Shown: positions 54,885-63,992 of the stretch, one piece after another
How the letters are laid out: every line of letters starts with the position of its first letter
Position numbering within the stretch: position 1 is the stretch's first letter
Source of the DNA: a virus
Taxonomy: Duplodnaviria > Caudoviricetes
DNA: 64,000 bases
Strand: one strand, 5' to 3'
IMG/VR virus record: IMGVR_UViG_3300033121_001713
Coordinates: 35,475 to 99,474 of that record
Made by a program: the position numbers and the translations under genes
The notes under the pieces: model-generated
Databases searched by the model: none
The model's input: only the letters and a program-made list of their open reading frames with translations
What the model was told of the DNA's origin: nothing

Positions 54885-56104
54885 TCAAGGGCGCCCCGAA
54901 AAAGCCGATTCCAAGGAAGCCAATAGTACCGGTTCCAATGCCGGTAGTGCCTTATTTTGGCTCGACTCCGAAGATCTCTCTCAGCATCATCGTAAAGAAC
55001 GAAGCCAGGGTTATTGAGCGAATGCTCAACACTGTCTGGCCTATACTTGATTACTACGTCGTCGTAGACACAGGATCGACCGACGGTACCCAAGACATCG
55101 TCAGGAAATTCTTCGAGGAGAAGGGCATTCCTGGAGAGGTGATCGATCATAAGTGGGTCTCTTTCGAGGACGCTAGGAATCGCGCCCTCAACGCGGTAAA
55201 GGACAAGGCCGATTTCGGTTTCTGGATAGACGCAGACGAGACCCTTGAAATCTCCCCAGACACGAACGTTCAGCTCATGAAACGCCGCATGGGCGGATTC
55301 GACGGAGCCAACGTGAAGGTCCATTACGGTGGACAGAACTACTTCAGGATGCAATTCTTCTCGACGAAGAAAGCGTGGAGATGGTATGGGCCTATCCATG
55401 AAGTGTTGGTCTCTGATGAGCCAGTCAATGTGGCTGTCGTCGATGGCCTGATAGTTCGCGTCAATCCAGATGGCAACAGCTGGACTTCACAGACATCTCA
55501 GCAGAAATATGAGGATCACGCTAAGGTCCTGGAAGAGTATGTGAAGAACGATCCTAAGAGGGATCCTCGCTGGCTTTTCTATCTTGCCCAGTCCTACAGG
55601 GATGCGGGCACACCTGAGAACGCGGAGAAGGCGCTTCACTGGTATCGTGAGAGGGTCAAGGTCAACACAGGCTTTTGGGAAGAGGTCTACTACTCCCAAC
55701 TCATGGTGGCTTCATGCCGAGCGAGATTAGGGCATCCTACGCTAGAAGTCCTAGAGGAATATCTCAAATGCACGAAGTTCAATCGTTTGAGGATCGAGCA
55801 TCTGATGCCCCTGATCCAACATTATCATGATGCGGGCGAGTTCGATATCAGCTACATTTACTCTTCACAGGCAATGAAGGTGGCTGGTAATGGCCAGACT
55901 CCATTTCCACAGGTCTCTCTTTTCGTAGACGCAGCGAGCTACGAATGGAGGATCCTTCAATTGCACATGCTCAATTCATGGATGGTCGGTAGGAAGGAAG
56001 AGTCACATGAGACCTACAAGAAGCTGGTTAAGGCAAAGAACGAGGGCAAAGTGCCTCCCGAGCTTCACGCTAACATAGAATCCAATGGGAGATTCTTCAA
56101 ATAG
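54881..56104 (+). CDS. GT2 glycosyltransferase with TPR-like C-terminus (protein glycosyltransferase architecture)
   Basis: SIIVKNEARVIER, VDTGSTDGT, FEDARNRAL, IDADE, GPIHE, RWLFYLAQSYRD. Confidence 0.9.
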   Translation: MIKGAPKKPIPRKPIVPVPMPVVPYFGSTPKISLSIIVKNEARVIERMLNTVWPILDYYVVVDTGSTDGTQDIVRKFFEEKGIPGEVIDHKWVSFEDARNRALNAVKDKADFGFWIDADETLEISPDTNVQLMKRRMGGFDGANVKVHYGGQNYFRMQFFSTKKAWRWYGPIHEVLVSDEPVNVAVVDGLIVRVNPDGNSWTSQTSQQKYEDHAKVLEEYVKNDPKRDPRWLFYLAQSYRDAGTPENAEKALHWYRERVKVNTGFWEEVYYSQLMVASCRARLGHPTLEVLEEYLKCTKFNRLRIEHLMPLIQHYHDAGEFDISYIYSSQAMKVAGNGQTPFPQVSLFVDAASYEWRILQLHMLNSWMVGRKEESHETYKKLVKAKNEGKVPPELHANIESNGRFFK

Positions 56105-56110
56105 GCGCCA

Positions 56111-56383
56111 GTGAAGCTCAAGAGAAACGAGAGGATAGTTCTCAAGGTTTGGATCAATGATGCTGTCTTCGCGGACGAAAAGTGGACCGCGATGACCGCG
56201 GTTGAGGGAGATTCTGCGTATGTTCACATCTCCGATCCAGGATCTTCGAACACAATGAAGATCAAGATCACTGAATTGCCAGAGGCCAAGCGACCGATAG
56301 AAGAAAAGAAGGAGCCTGAGAAGAAGGAGCCAGAAAAGAAGTCCGAAGACGACAAATCAGATCCATCCACATCCGAACTCTAA
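56111..56383 (+). CDS. Hypothetical protein with EKKEP repeats
   Basis: 90-aa ORF. Confidence 0.6.
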   Translation: MKLKRNERIVLKVWINDAVFADEKWTAMTAVEGDSAYVHISDPGSSNTMKIKITELPEAKRPIEEKKEPEKKEPEKKSEDDKSDPSTSEL

Positions 56384-56389
56384 TCCAAG

Positions 56390-57244
56390 ATGAACATCAT
56401 CAATCTGAGCGATCCGGAGTCCTCGCTAGTTCCGATCAAGGTTACGCAGTATCCTGATGGGCAACAAGACCTCCGAATCCTGGCTATGCCTTCTAGGCTA
56501 GAGGAAGAATCGATGATATGCGCTAGGATGAACAGCTTTCGTGACATCGAGCTTATCATCCTTGCGAAGAGGGCACTGGAAAACATGGGCTGGACCAAGC
56601 CGGTCAGTCTGTACTGCCCATACCTGCTCGGTGGGCGATCGGATCGGCTCTTTGCCAGTGGTGGCGTCAGGTACATCAAAGACGTCGTAGCACCAATCAT
56701 CAATTCCCTGGGCTTCTCCAGGGTCACCGTGATGGACCCTCACTCAGACGTGATGGAGAACACCATCGATCGCCTCGAGAAGATCCACTTCCACACGGTT
56801 TTTGCCGGGGAGCTTCGGAAGTTTGACGGTAAGCTGACCCTGGTCTCGCCGGACGGCGGATCTCTCAAGAAGATCTATGACGTCGCATCTTTTATTGGGA
56901 TCGATCGGATCCTAGTCTGTGGCAAACATCGAGACGTCGCAACCGGCAAGATCCTGGCCACCACCGCTCCACCTTGCGATGAAGAAGATAACTTGGTGGT
57001 ATGCGATGACATATGCGATGGAGGTCGAACCTTCGTAGAGCTTGCGAAGGCCATCAGGAATCAGACCATCGCCCCAAAGCTTCACCTGTTTGTGACCCAT
57101 GGGATATTCTCGAAGGGAGTATCTGAGCTCGCGAGCCTCTACTCTTCCATTGTGACCACGAACTCCGTGAGAAAGTTCAATGACGAAGAGATGAAGTCTG
57201 CCGATCTCTCTGGATGTAGGCTGATCCAAATTCGAGCATTCTAG
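56390..57244 (+). CDS. prs: Ribose-phosphate pyrophosphokinase-like protein (NARP1 Adps candidate)
   Basis: YPDGQ, PYLLGGRSDR, DPHS, VSPDGG, KHRD, VCDDICDGGRTF, VTHGIFS. Confidence 0.9.
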   Translation: MNIINLSDPESSLVPIKVTQYPDGQQDLRILAMPSRLEEESMICARMNSFRDIELIILAKRALENMGWTKPVSLYCPYLLGGRSDRLFASGGVRYIKDVVAPIINSLGFSRVTVMDPHSDVMENTIDRLEKIHFHTVFAGELRKFDGKLTLVSPDGGSLKKIYDVASFIGIDRILVCGKHRDVATGKILATTAPPCDEEDNLVVCDDICDGGRTFVELAKAIRNQTIAPKLHLFVTHGIFSKGVSELASLYSSIVTTNSVRKFNDEEMKSADLSGCRLIQIRAF

Positions 57245-57245
57245 A

Positions 57246-58037
57246 ATGTCACAGTATATCGAACGGTTAGTTCGGGAGTGGAAGAAGCACAATGGCATCA
57301 TCATAGCATGTGACTTCGATGACACGATCTATCCATTTCGTTTCAATTCTCCGAACGATATGGATCGGTATTCCAAGACCATCTCGCTCCTGAAGGAATG
57401 CGTAAAGGAAGGATGCACGGTCATCATCTTCACTGCTAGAAACGAATCTGGATATCGCTCGATCGAGGAGTATTGCTCTGATGTCGACTTGCCCATCGCT
57501 GGGATCAATATCAACCTCCCTGGTTTGCCATACGGCAACCACAGGAAGATCTACGCGAACGTCTACCTCGACGATCGATCAGGCCTCGAGCTCTCGCTCA
57601 AAGACCTCAAGACCGCTTACCATGCAATCATCGAGGAGAAAGCTGCCATGACGAAAAACGAGAAGCCTTCGAAGCCGATCGAGCTGGTCTCAGTCGTGCC
57701 GATGAGCGAGCCTCCAAAGGATTCCGTGTTCAGGATCGAGCCTGTCTATCGAAAGGCCGTTGAATGGCCTACCCTAGACGAGCAGATCAGGCCAAAGTTC
57801 GATCATTGGCTCTCTGAGTATGTGCTCGGCAGAATCTGTGTGATCGACGAGGCCAACGTCAATGATTGGAGCAAAAGGATCAAGAATTGGGATCCGCCGA
57901 TCGAAAACATCGTTCCGGGCGATGAAGTCTTCGCATGGGACGCTGGCGGCTGGGAGGCCCTGGCTGGAAGGAGAGGGTTCCTGATCCTTCGCGATCGCGA
58001 GCGCGTCCTCGTCGCGCAACTGACAGCTATGAGCTGA
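57246..58037 (+). CDS. HAD-superfamily phosphatase with an extra C-terminal domain
   Basis: IIACDFDDTI, IFTAR, KIYANVYLDDR. Confidence 0.82.
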   Translation: MSQYIERLVREWKKHNGIIIACDFDDTIYPFRFNSPNDMDRYSKTISLLKECVKEGCTVIIFTARNESGYRSIEEYCSDVDLPIAGININLPGLPYGNHRKIYANVYLDDRSGLELSLKDLKTAYHAIIEEKAAMTKNEKPSKPIELVSVVPMSEPPKDSVFRIEPVYRKAVEWPTLDEQIRPKFDHWLSEYVLGRICVIDEANVNDWSKRIKNWDPPIENIVPGDEVFAWDAGGWEALAGRRGFLILRDRERVLVAQLTAMS

Positions 58038-58053
58038 TAGTCTCCAGCAAACA

Positions 58054-58470
58054 ATGAACTACGCGGTAGCAGCGCATCAGCTTCGTTCCATGCGCCATGA
58101 GCGAGAACACATGCGTGGAGATTGGCTGTGTGCAGCAATGGACCGTTTCGTGGCTAGCAGCAGAATGGAGTTTATCGTGCCTGATGGGCATTATAGAATC
58201 AACAGGCCCATACCAATGAAGGCTGGGTGTTTGTTCGGACCAAAAGCCCATATTCGCGCTATAGCCCCTAGTGAGTCTTGCTTCTCTATTGCACATGAGA
58301 ACGCGAACGGACATATCGACCTTCGTGTCCCTCTGTCGTGCGATGATCATCCGTCATTCATCGCCGCGGTCATCGTTTGTCCGCCAAAGTTAATCGGATC
58401 GTGCTTTCATGCGGCAAAGAATGAGCATGAGCAACAATCTGAGGTTCAATATCCCGAGCGAGCAGCCTGA
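58054..58470 (+). CDS. Possible hypothetical protein
   Basis: Fills the gap, but atypical composition and overlaps the next gene. Confidence 0.35.
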   Translation: MNYAVAAHQLRSMRHEREHMRGDWLCAAMDRFVASSRMEFIVPDGHYRINRPIPMKAGCLFGPKAHIRAIAPSESCFSIAHENANGHIDLRVPLSCDDHPSFIAAVIVCPPKLIGSCFHAAKNEHEQQSEVQYPERAA

Positions 58471-59965
58471 ATCGCTCAAGGACTACTACAAGGCTGACCA
58501 TCGCAATCAGTATCCTTCCGGGACTTCATTCGTCTACTCGAACGGCACCTTCAGGAAATCGAGGATCCCTGGATCGAATGAAGTGGTCTTCTTCGGCCTC
58601 CAATTTTTCGTCAAGCAATTCATTCAGGGAGAATTTCAGCGCGACTTCTTCGAAGTCCCTAAAGAAATCGCCATAGCTCGATACTCGAGATTGATGGATC
58701 ATACGCTTGGAAAGGGCGTCATCAAGACCGAGCACATAGGGAAATTGCACGACCTTGGTTACATGCCGATCAGGATCAAAGCTGTCAAAGAGGGCACGCT
58801 CGTTCCAGTTGGCGTGCCATGCTTTACAGTTTGCAACACACATGGAGATGAATTCTTCTGGGTCACTAACTTTCTCGAGACTCTGATCTCGGCCGAGATT
58901 TGGATGCCTTGTACTTCGGCCACCACCGCTTTCAGGTATAGGGTCATGCTAGACCGATTCTGTGAGGTGACTGGTGGAATCAAGGAGTTTGTGCCTTGGC
59001 AAGGCCACGATTTCTCCTTCCGAGGGATGGCTGGCAGGGACGCTGCCAGGATGTCTGGAGCGGCTCACCTCCTCTCGTTTTTCGGCACTGACACGATCCC
59101 TGCCATCCCTTGGCTGGAGGCCTATTACAACGCGGACGTAGAGAAGGAAATCGTAGGCGGATCGGTATTCGCCACTGAACACTCAGTCATGTGCATGGGC
59201 ACCAAGGAAGCTGAGTTCGAAACCTACGATCGATTGATCAACCGAACTTATCCCAGTGAAGCCATCGTCTCGATCGTCTCAGACACATGGGACCTCTGGA
59301 ACGTGGTGACGAACTACCTGCCGAGGCTGAAGGATAGCATCATGGCGAGGAAGGGCAAGATCGTGATCAGGCCGGATTCCGGCGACCCAGTGAAAATCAT
59401 CGTCGGCGACAAGTCGAAGCCAACAGATTCGCCGGCGTACAAGGGTCTGATCGAGCTCCTCTGGGAGATCTTCGGTGGCACGGAGACCGAACGAGGATTC
59501 AAACAGCTGGATCCGCACATTGGTGCGATCTACGGCGACTCTATCACCGTGGAGCGATGTCACGCGATCTGCAATGGGCTCATGGAGAAGGGCTTCTCGT
59601 CGACCAACATGGTCTTTGGGATCGGGTCATTCACGTACCAGTTCGTCACCCGAGACACGTACGGCTTCGCGATAAAGGCGACCTATGGCGAGGTGAACGG
59701 CGAGGAGATCGAGCTCTTCAAGGATCCGATCACCGACGACGGCACCAAGAGGTCGGCCAAGGGCCTCCTCATGGTGTATCGCGACGAGGATGGCAGGATC
59801 CGGTTCAAGGACCAATGCACATGGGAGGAGGAGCGGCAGGGCATGCTCGAGGTTGTCTACGAGAACGGTCAGCTCGTCCATGAGCAGTCGCTCTCAGAGA
59901 TCCGTGGACTGCTCGAGGAACAGAGGAAGACGAGGAACATGGATGATGTAGTCAAATCAATCTGA
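58421..59965 (+). CDS. nadV: Nicotinamide phosphoribosyltransferase-like protein (NARP1 Namat candidate)
   Basis: DYYKADH, FFGLQ, HDFSFRG, ATEHSVM, SIVSDTWD, VIRPDSGDP, IYGDSIT, GIGSFTYQ, RDTYGFAIKAT, KDPITDDGTKRSAKG. Confidence 0.93.
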   Translation: MSMSNNLRFNIPSEQPESLKDYYKADHRNQYPSGTSFVYSNGTFRKSRIPGSNEVVFFGLQFFVKQFIQGEFQRDFFEVPKEIAIARYSRLMDHTLGKGVIKTEHIGKLHDLGYMPIRIKAVKEGTLVPVGVPCFTVCNTHGDEFFWVTNFLETLISAEIWMPCTSATTAFRYRVMLDRFCEVTGGIKEFVPWQGHDFSFRGMAGRDAARMSGAAHLLSFFGTDTIPAIPWLEAYYNADVEKEIVGGSVFATEHSVMCMGTKEAEFETYDRLINRTYPSEAIVSIVSDTWDLWNVVTNYLPRLKDSIMARKGKIVIRPDSGDPVKIIVGDKSKPTDSPAYKGLIELLWEIFGGTETERGFKQLDPHIGAIYGDSITVERCHAICNGLMEKGFSSTNMVFGIGSFTYQFVTRDTYGFAIKATYGEVNGEEIELFKDPITDDGTKRSAKGLLMVYRDEDGRIRFKDQCTWEEERQGMLEVVYENGQLVHEQSLSEIRGLLEEQRKTRNMDDVVKSI

Positions 59966-59975
59966 TCGAACAGCG

Positions 59976-61199
59976 ATGGGAGCCGGATATGGGCATATCA
60001 TGCATCCTTACGAGGATAAGGAGCTGACATTCAAGGGCCTCGCCGATGTGCTCTCAGCTGCTTCGAATGGGTTTTCGCGTAGCTCTTTCGTCTGGGAGAA
60101 GACGGATGGCATCAATCTCATGATGACTTGGAAGGACGGAAAGCCCCTGTTCGCAAGGAACAAGACGCAGATGTCTGACTTCGGCAACAATGCGCTTGAT
60201 GAAGACGAAATAGGCTCACACTTCTCTTCTCTTCCAGATGTCCAAAGGGTGATATCTCTGGCCGCGGCTCAGCTATCCATGGCCATGAGATCGATCGACT
60301 CGGTCGAGAGTTTTACGTTCTTCCAGGAAGGCGAGAGATTCGCTTCGATCGAAGTCATCCATCCGGACACGCCGAACGTCATCAGATACACGAAGCCTAT
60401 CATTGCGATTCATGGCATTGTGAGGGTCAATGATACTGGCTCCAAGAGTTCGATCTTCCTCGGTCGCACGGCAGAGATCGATAATCTGGTGGATTCGTTG
60501 CAACTGACACCAGGAAAATTCACCGTGATCGGCCAATCAAGGCCAACAATTTCGCCGATCGATGAACATAAGACAGCTTCGCTCATAAAGATTCTCGAGT
60601 CGATGAATGAATCCAACCGAGATGGAGTGCTAGTCTCAGATTGGGCTCGAAAGAAAGTCAAGAGAGTTATCTTAGATCGGATGATCCAAGATTCGATCTC
60701 AATGGACGTCGATGTAGCGACACGGAGGCTTTTCGATGGCGACAAGGACGTAGACCTAAGGACAGTGGCCAGGCTCTATGGCAAAGATGCATCGACGTGG
60801 CTAAAGGGCCTCGATGCATCTAGCACACAGATCAAGCGCCAAGCGATGGCGGAAGTCCATGATATGGTGATCGCGATTGGTTCCAACATCCTCGAGAGGT
60901 CGACCGACCTCATCTCTGGAAAGGATCGTGCAGCGGTGAAACTCGCTACTGCTGATGCATATCGAGATAGCGTAAAAGCCATCATGAACCAAGGGAACTC
61001 TAGCGACAAGGCTCGTTATTTCCGAGAGATGATTACGATACATGATCTCGGAGGAATAGATAGGCTGCCTCCAATGGAAGGAGTGATCTTCGACCACGGT
61101 GGCAAAACTTACAAGCTTACGGGCCTATTCGCTCCAGTTCATCGAGTGAATTCGATCCTGAAGTTCAAAAAGGAGCCAGCGAAAAATGCCCATTCCTAA
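59976..61199 (+). CDS. ATP-dependent ligase/RNA-ligase-like nucleotidyltransferase of unknown substrate
   Basis: GHIMHPYED; motif I EKTDG; ARNK; motif IV EGVIF; motif V YKLTG. Confidence 0.65.
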   Translation: MGAGYGHIMHPYEDKELTFKGLADVLSAASNGFSRSSFVWEKTDGINLMMTWKDGKPLFARNKTQMSDFGNNALDEDEIGSHFSSLPDVQRVISLAAAQLSMAMRSIDSVESFTFFQEGERFASIEVIHPDTPNVIRYTKPIIAIHGIVRVNDTGSKSSIFLGRTAEIDNLVDSLQLTPGKFTVIGQSRPTISPIDEHKTASLIKILESMNESNRDGVLVSDWARKKVKRVILDRMIQDSISMDVDVATRRLFDGDKDVDLRTVARLYGKDASTWLKGLDASSTQIKRQAMAEVHDMVIAIGSNILERSTDLISGKDRAAVKLATADAYRDSVKAIMNQGNSSDKARYFREMITIHDLGGIDRLPPMEGVIFDHGGKTYKLTGLFAPVHRVNSILKFKKEPAKNAHS

Positions 61200-61593
61200 G
61201 GTTCAAACCAGATACAAGGAACAGGATCTCGTCTTTCATTCTAGGAATGGAGTTGGGGTCATCGATCAGGTAGTGGTGGCAGAAGACCTCTTGGTCTATT
61301 ACGATGTCATCTTTCATCGAAATCGCACGATCATCGGCGTGCCAGAAGAAGAGCTCCGCGATCTCACCTTCAAGGAGTTCCTCTGGTACAAGCATCCACA
61401 GCACGGTGGCAGGATGATAGGAAGGAATTCCTGGCTTGCGTTGGGCTTGGCTTTTGCGCTTGCGATGGCGTTCATAGTTTGCGGCTTTTGGGTGGAGGGT
61501 TGGTTGAAGATGGCTCCAATTGGAATAGGGATCGCCATTCCATCTGTGACGATATGGCAGACCTTGAGACAATACAAGAAAAAACAGGTCTAG
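61186..61593 (+). CDS. Two-TM membrane protein
   Basis: SH3-like N-terminus, two C-terminal hydrophobic helices. Confidence 0.65.
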   Translation: MPIPKVQTRYKEQDLVFHSRNGVGVIDQVVVAEDLLVYYDVIFHRNRTIIGVPEEELRDLTFKEFLWYKHPQHGGRMIGRNSWLALGLAFALAMAFIVCGFWVEGWLKMAPIGIGIAIPSVTIWQTLRQYKKKQV

Positions 61594-61598
61594 ATGGG

Positions 61599-62135
61599 AT
61601 GCTGGCCTTCAATCAGCTGAGGCCTCATGTCATACTCTTTCCTGGGAGGTTTCAACCGTTGCACAGCGGCCATGTGTCAGCTTTCAAGGCAGCGCACGAG
61701 GCATTTGGAAAGCCACTGACGCCAGTCGTCGTCTGGAAGAAGCCTACTCCGAATTCGCCATACCCAGCCGATCTGGTATCGAGGATGATAGAATCCCTTG
61801 GATATGATTGGATCACTTCTCCGTTGATAGCCCAAGATGTCAACCTCCCAAGCATTGTCGATCAATGCAGGCTTCTAGGATTCGAGCCAGTGGGATTGGC
61901 CTGTGGCATAGATCGAACCAAATCCTATTCCCAACAGGCCGCTAAACTTGTGTCTGGTCACTACGACGCATGGGTCCTGAAGAGCTTCAAAGTCCATGAG
62001 GTCGACGATCGATCACATGGTATGACGAGCACCATGATCAGGGAGTCTTTGTCCGCGGGCCAGGATTCTGGCTTCTTGGATAACACTCCAGAACAGTTGC
62101 ATAGGTTCCTTGAGGAACTCAAAGGCTATAGATGA
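61599..62135 (+). CDS. HxGH cytidylyl/adenylyltransferase-like protein (NMNAT fold)
   Basis: FPGRFQPLHSGH, CGIDR...Y, TSTMIRE. Confidence 0.82.
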   Translation: MLAFNQLRPHVILFPGRFQPLHSGHVSAFKAAHEAFGKPLTPVVVWKKPTPNSPYPADLVSRMIESLGYDWITSPLIAQDVNLPSIVDQCRLLGFEPVGLACGIDRTKSYSQQAAKLVSGHYDAWVLKSFKVHEVDDRSHGMTSTMIRESLSAGQDSGFLDNTPEQLHRFLEELKGYR

Positions 62136-63217
62136 AGCTGAACATACGTTCCATCGACGATTTTCGCAACGGCTTCGAGCGAGGAACGATCAGCAACGAC
62201 GAGATCCACATCGTCTATCCTGAATCGATGATGTCGCCGATTCCCGAGTGGAATCCTAGCGTCACGGGCCACGACCTCTTTCTTCAACAGGAAGACGTTT
62301 CTAACCCGGACTATGGTTCGGCCATCCAACGGATCAAGAACACCCTGATGTCCAAGATGATCAGGGCTCATTGCCTGAACGAATTTGCCGCCACTGGTTT
62401 GCCACTGGAGCACGCGCACCTCTTCGAGAATCTCGTCCTGGATCGATTCAAAGGAGACGCCAAAGACTTCCTGGAATTCATCTCTTTGTCCAGGTTCAAT
62501 TTCTCTTCAGTCGATAAGACTAGACCAACCTCCCTTGAACCGATCATCCAGGCCTATTCCAGGTTCTTCGACGAGAGGTTCTTTGGCGAGCTGACAAAGA
62601 TGAGCTTGCCGACGACTCCCACCATAGGCCAGCTGGAAGTTTACCTCTGTCTTCTGACGAACTATAGGAAGGCTCCTAGCACGATGCCCTGTGATCTTCT
62701 CAATGACAATAACGGAAGGGTCGAGGTGAAGTGCAGGAATGGAAGGCTGGGCGGCCAGAACGTCGATAACGATGGAATTTCCTCCAAGATCGAGTTCGCT
62801 AGGCTGTTGGGATGCCAAGAAGATCCGCTGAGAAAATGGGGAGTGGCCTCATACAAATACTACCAGGAGATTCTGTCCGACATTCTTCATATCGATAGGA
62901 GACATGCCAGGAGTTTGATCGAATCGCTGATGAACTACAAGATCAAGGTCGATCGATCGATGATCGAATCTTTCCTGACTGACTGTGAAAAGGATCTACG
63001 TGGCTTCCATGGCGCCCTTCAACTCCATTGCTATTCAGTAACCCACGGATTCTCTGAATTGATCTTCCTCCACAAAAACGGCGAATCTGTTGTCTCTTAT
63101 CAAGGCAAAACGTTCCTTGAGGCTCGCGAATTCTTCGCGAGGCACCTTAGGAATCGAGGAGGATGGGGCAGCCAGAATCAGGATAGGTCTGGCCTGCAAG
63201 TCGAATTCTATCGTTGA
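62132..63217 (+). CDS. Hypothetical protein with PD-(D/E)XK-like motif
   Basis: IGQLEV...CDL......VEVK...GRL. Confidence 0.6.
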   Translation: MKLNIRSIDDFRNGFERGTISNDEIHIVYPESMMSPIPEWNPSVTGHDLFLQQEDVSNPDYGSAIQRIKNTLMSKMIRAHCLNEFAATGLPLEHAHLFENLVLDRFKGDAKDFLEFISLSRFNFSSVDKTRPTSLEPIIQAYSRFFDERFFGELTKMSLPTTPTIGQLEVYLCLLTNYRKAPSTMPCDLLNDNNGRVEVKCRNGRLGGQNVDNDGISSKIEFARLLGCQEDPLRKWGVASYKYYQEILSDILHIDRRHARSLIESLMNYKIKVDRSMIESFLTDCEKDLRGFHGALQLHCYSVTHGFSELIFLHKNGESVVSYQGKTFLEAREFFARHLRNRGGWGSQNQDRSGLQVEFYR

Positions 63218-63958
63218 TCAGCGACCAATTGCGGCCATCTTCCACTTAGAATTCAAGTCCTCTATCTCCGATGTCAATTGGCTTGCCATCTCCGAATTGT
63301 GGCGAAGGGCTTCGATCGAGGTCTGAAGATTGATGGCCGTCGACTTGGCTTTTGCCGCGAGCTTGAAGTTCCTGTTCGTCATCGAATCGATCTTCTTGGA
63401 TAGCTGCCTGATTTCCGGATCTGAAGATCCATCGTGGCTAGCATCCACAACTCCATTGTCATCTTGGAATCTGGACGAGAACAGGGATTCGTATTCCAAT
63501 CTGAGTTCGGCCTCCTCCCTCTCGGCTTCGGCCAGGTTGTTCTGCGCGTTTGTATTCGCGTCCTCGGCTTTCATGAAAGCCTTGATCAGATCCTTTCGTT
63601 CCTCTGCTAGCTCGGCTATGGAAGCTTTCCGCTTATTGATCTCCTTGGAGAAGAATCCCATGGAATATCCAGTGGCCTCATTGAGTTCTTCTTTCTCATC
63701 TATGTGATCTGTTCTAAGGCGATCTAAGCTAGATTGGACCTGTTCGAGCAACTGAATGACCGATGAGGCCTCCATGGATAGGTTCCATTCGGCCTTGCTC
63801 GTCGATTTTTTTGCGACCTGTTTGAAATTATCTGCCCGTTGGATCGCCTCATCGATAGACTTTATCAAGAGCTCAAGCGAGACCTTGATGGCCGATGAGC
63901 TAGATTCGTTGATCGGATTCAGGTTGAATTGATCGTAGTCTGGAAGGTTCAGCAACAT
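63218..63958 (-). CDS. Coiled-coil putative internal head protein
   Basis: Leader MLLNLPDYDQFNLNPINES; internal LNEA; preceded by the late motif. Confidence 0.7.
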   Translation of the reverse strand: MLLNLPDYDQFNLNPINESSSSAIKVSLELLIKSIDEAIQRADNFKQVAKKSTSKAEWNLSMEASSVIQLLEQVQSSLDRLRTDHIDEKEELNEATGYSMGFFSKEINKRKASIAELAEERKDLIKAFMKAEDANTNAQNNLAEAEREEAELRLEYESLFSSRFQDDNGVVDASHDGSSDPEIRQLSKKIDSMTNRNFKLAAKAKSTAINLQTSIEALRHNSEMASQLTSEIEDLNSKWKMAAIGR

Positions 63959-63992
63959 GCTCTATCTATTGGCGTTCTATACATAGAGCATG
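63956..63992. promoter_or_regulatory. Back-to-back divergent late promoters, each 3 nt from an ATG
   Basis: Minus: AATAGATAG-AGC-ATG; plus: TATACATAG-AGC-ATG; forms a 10-bp inverted repeat catgctctat/atagagcatg. Confidence 0.75.
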
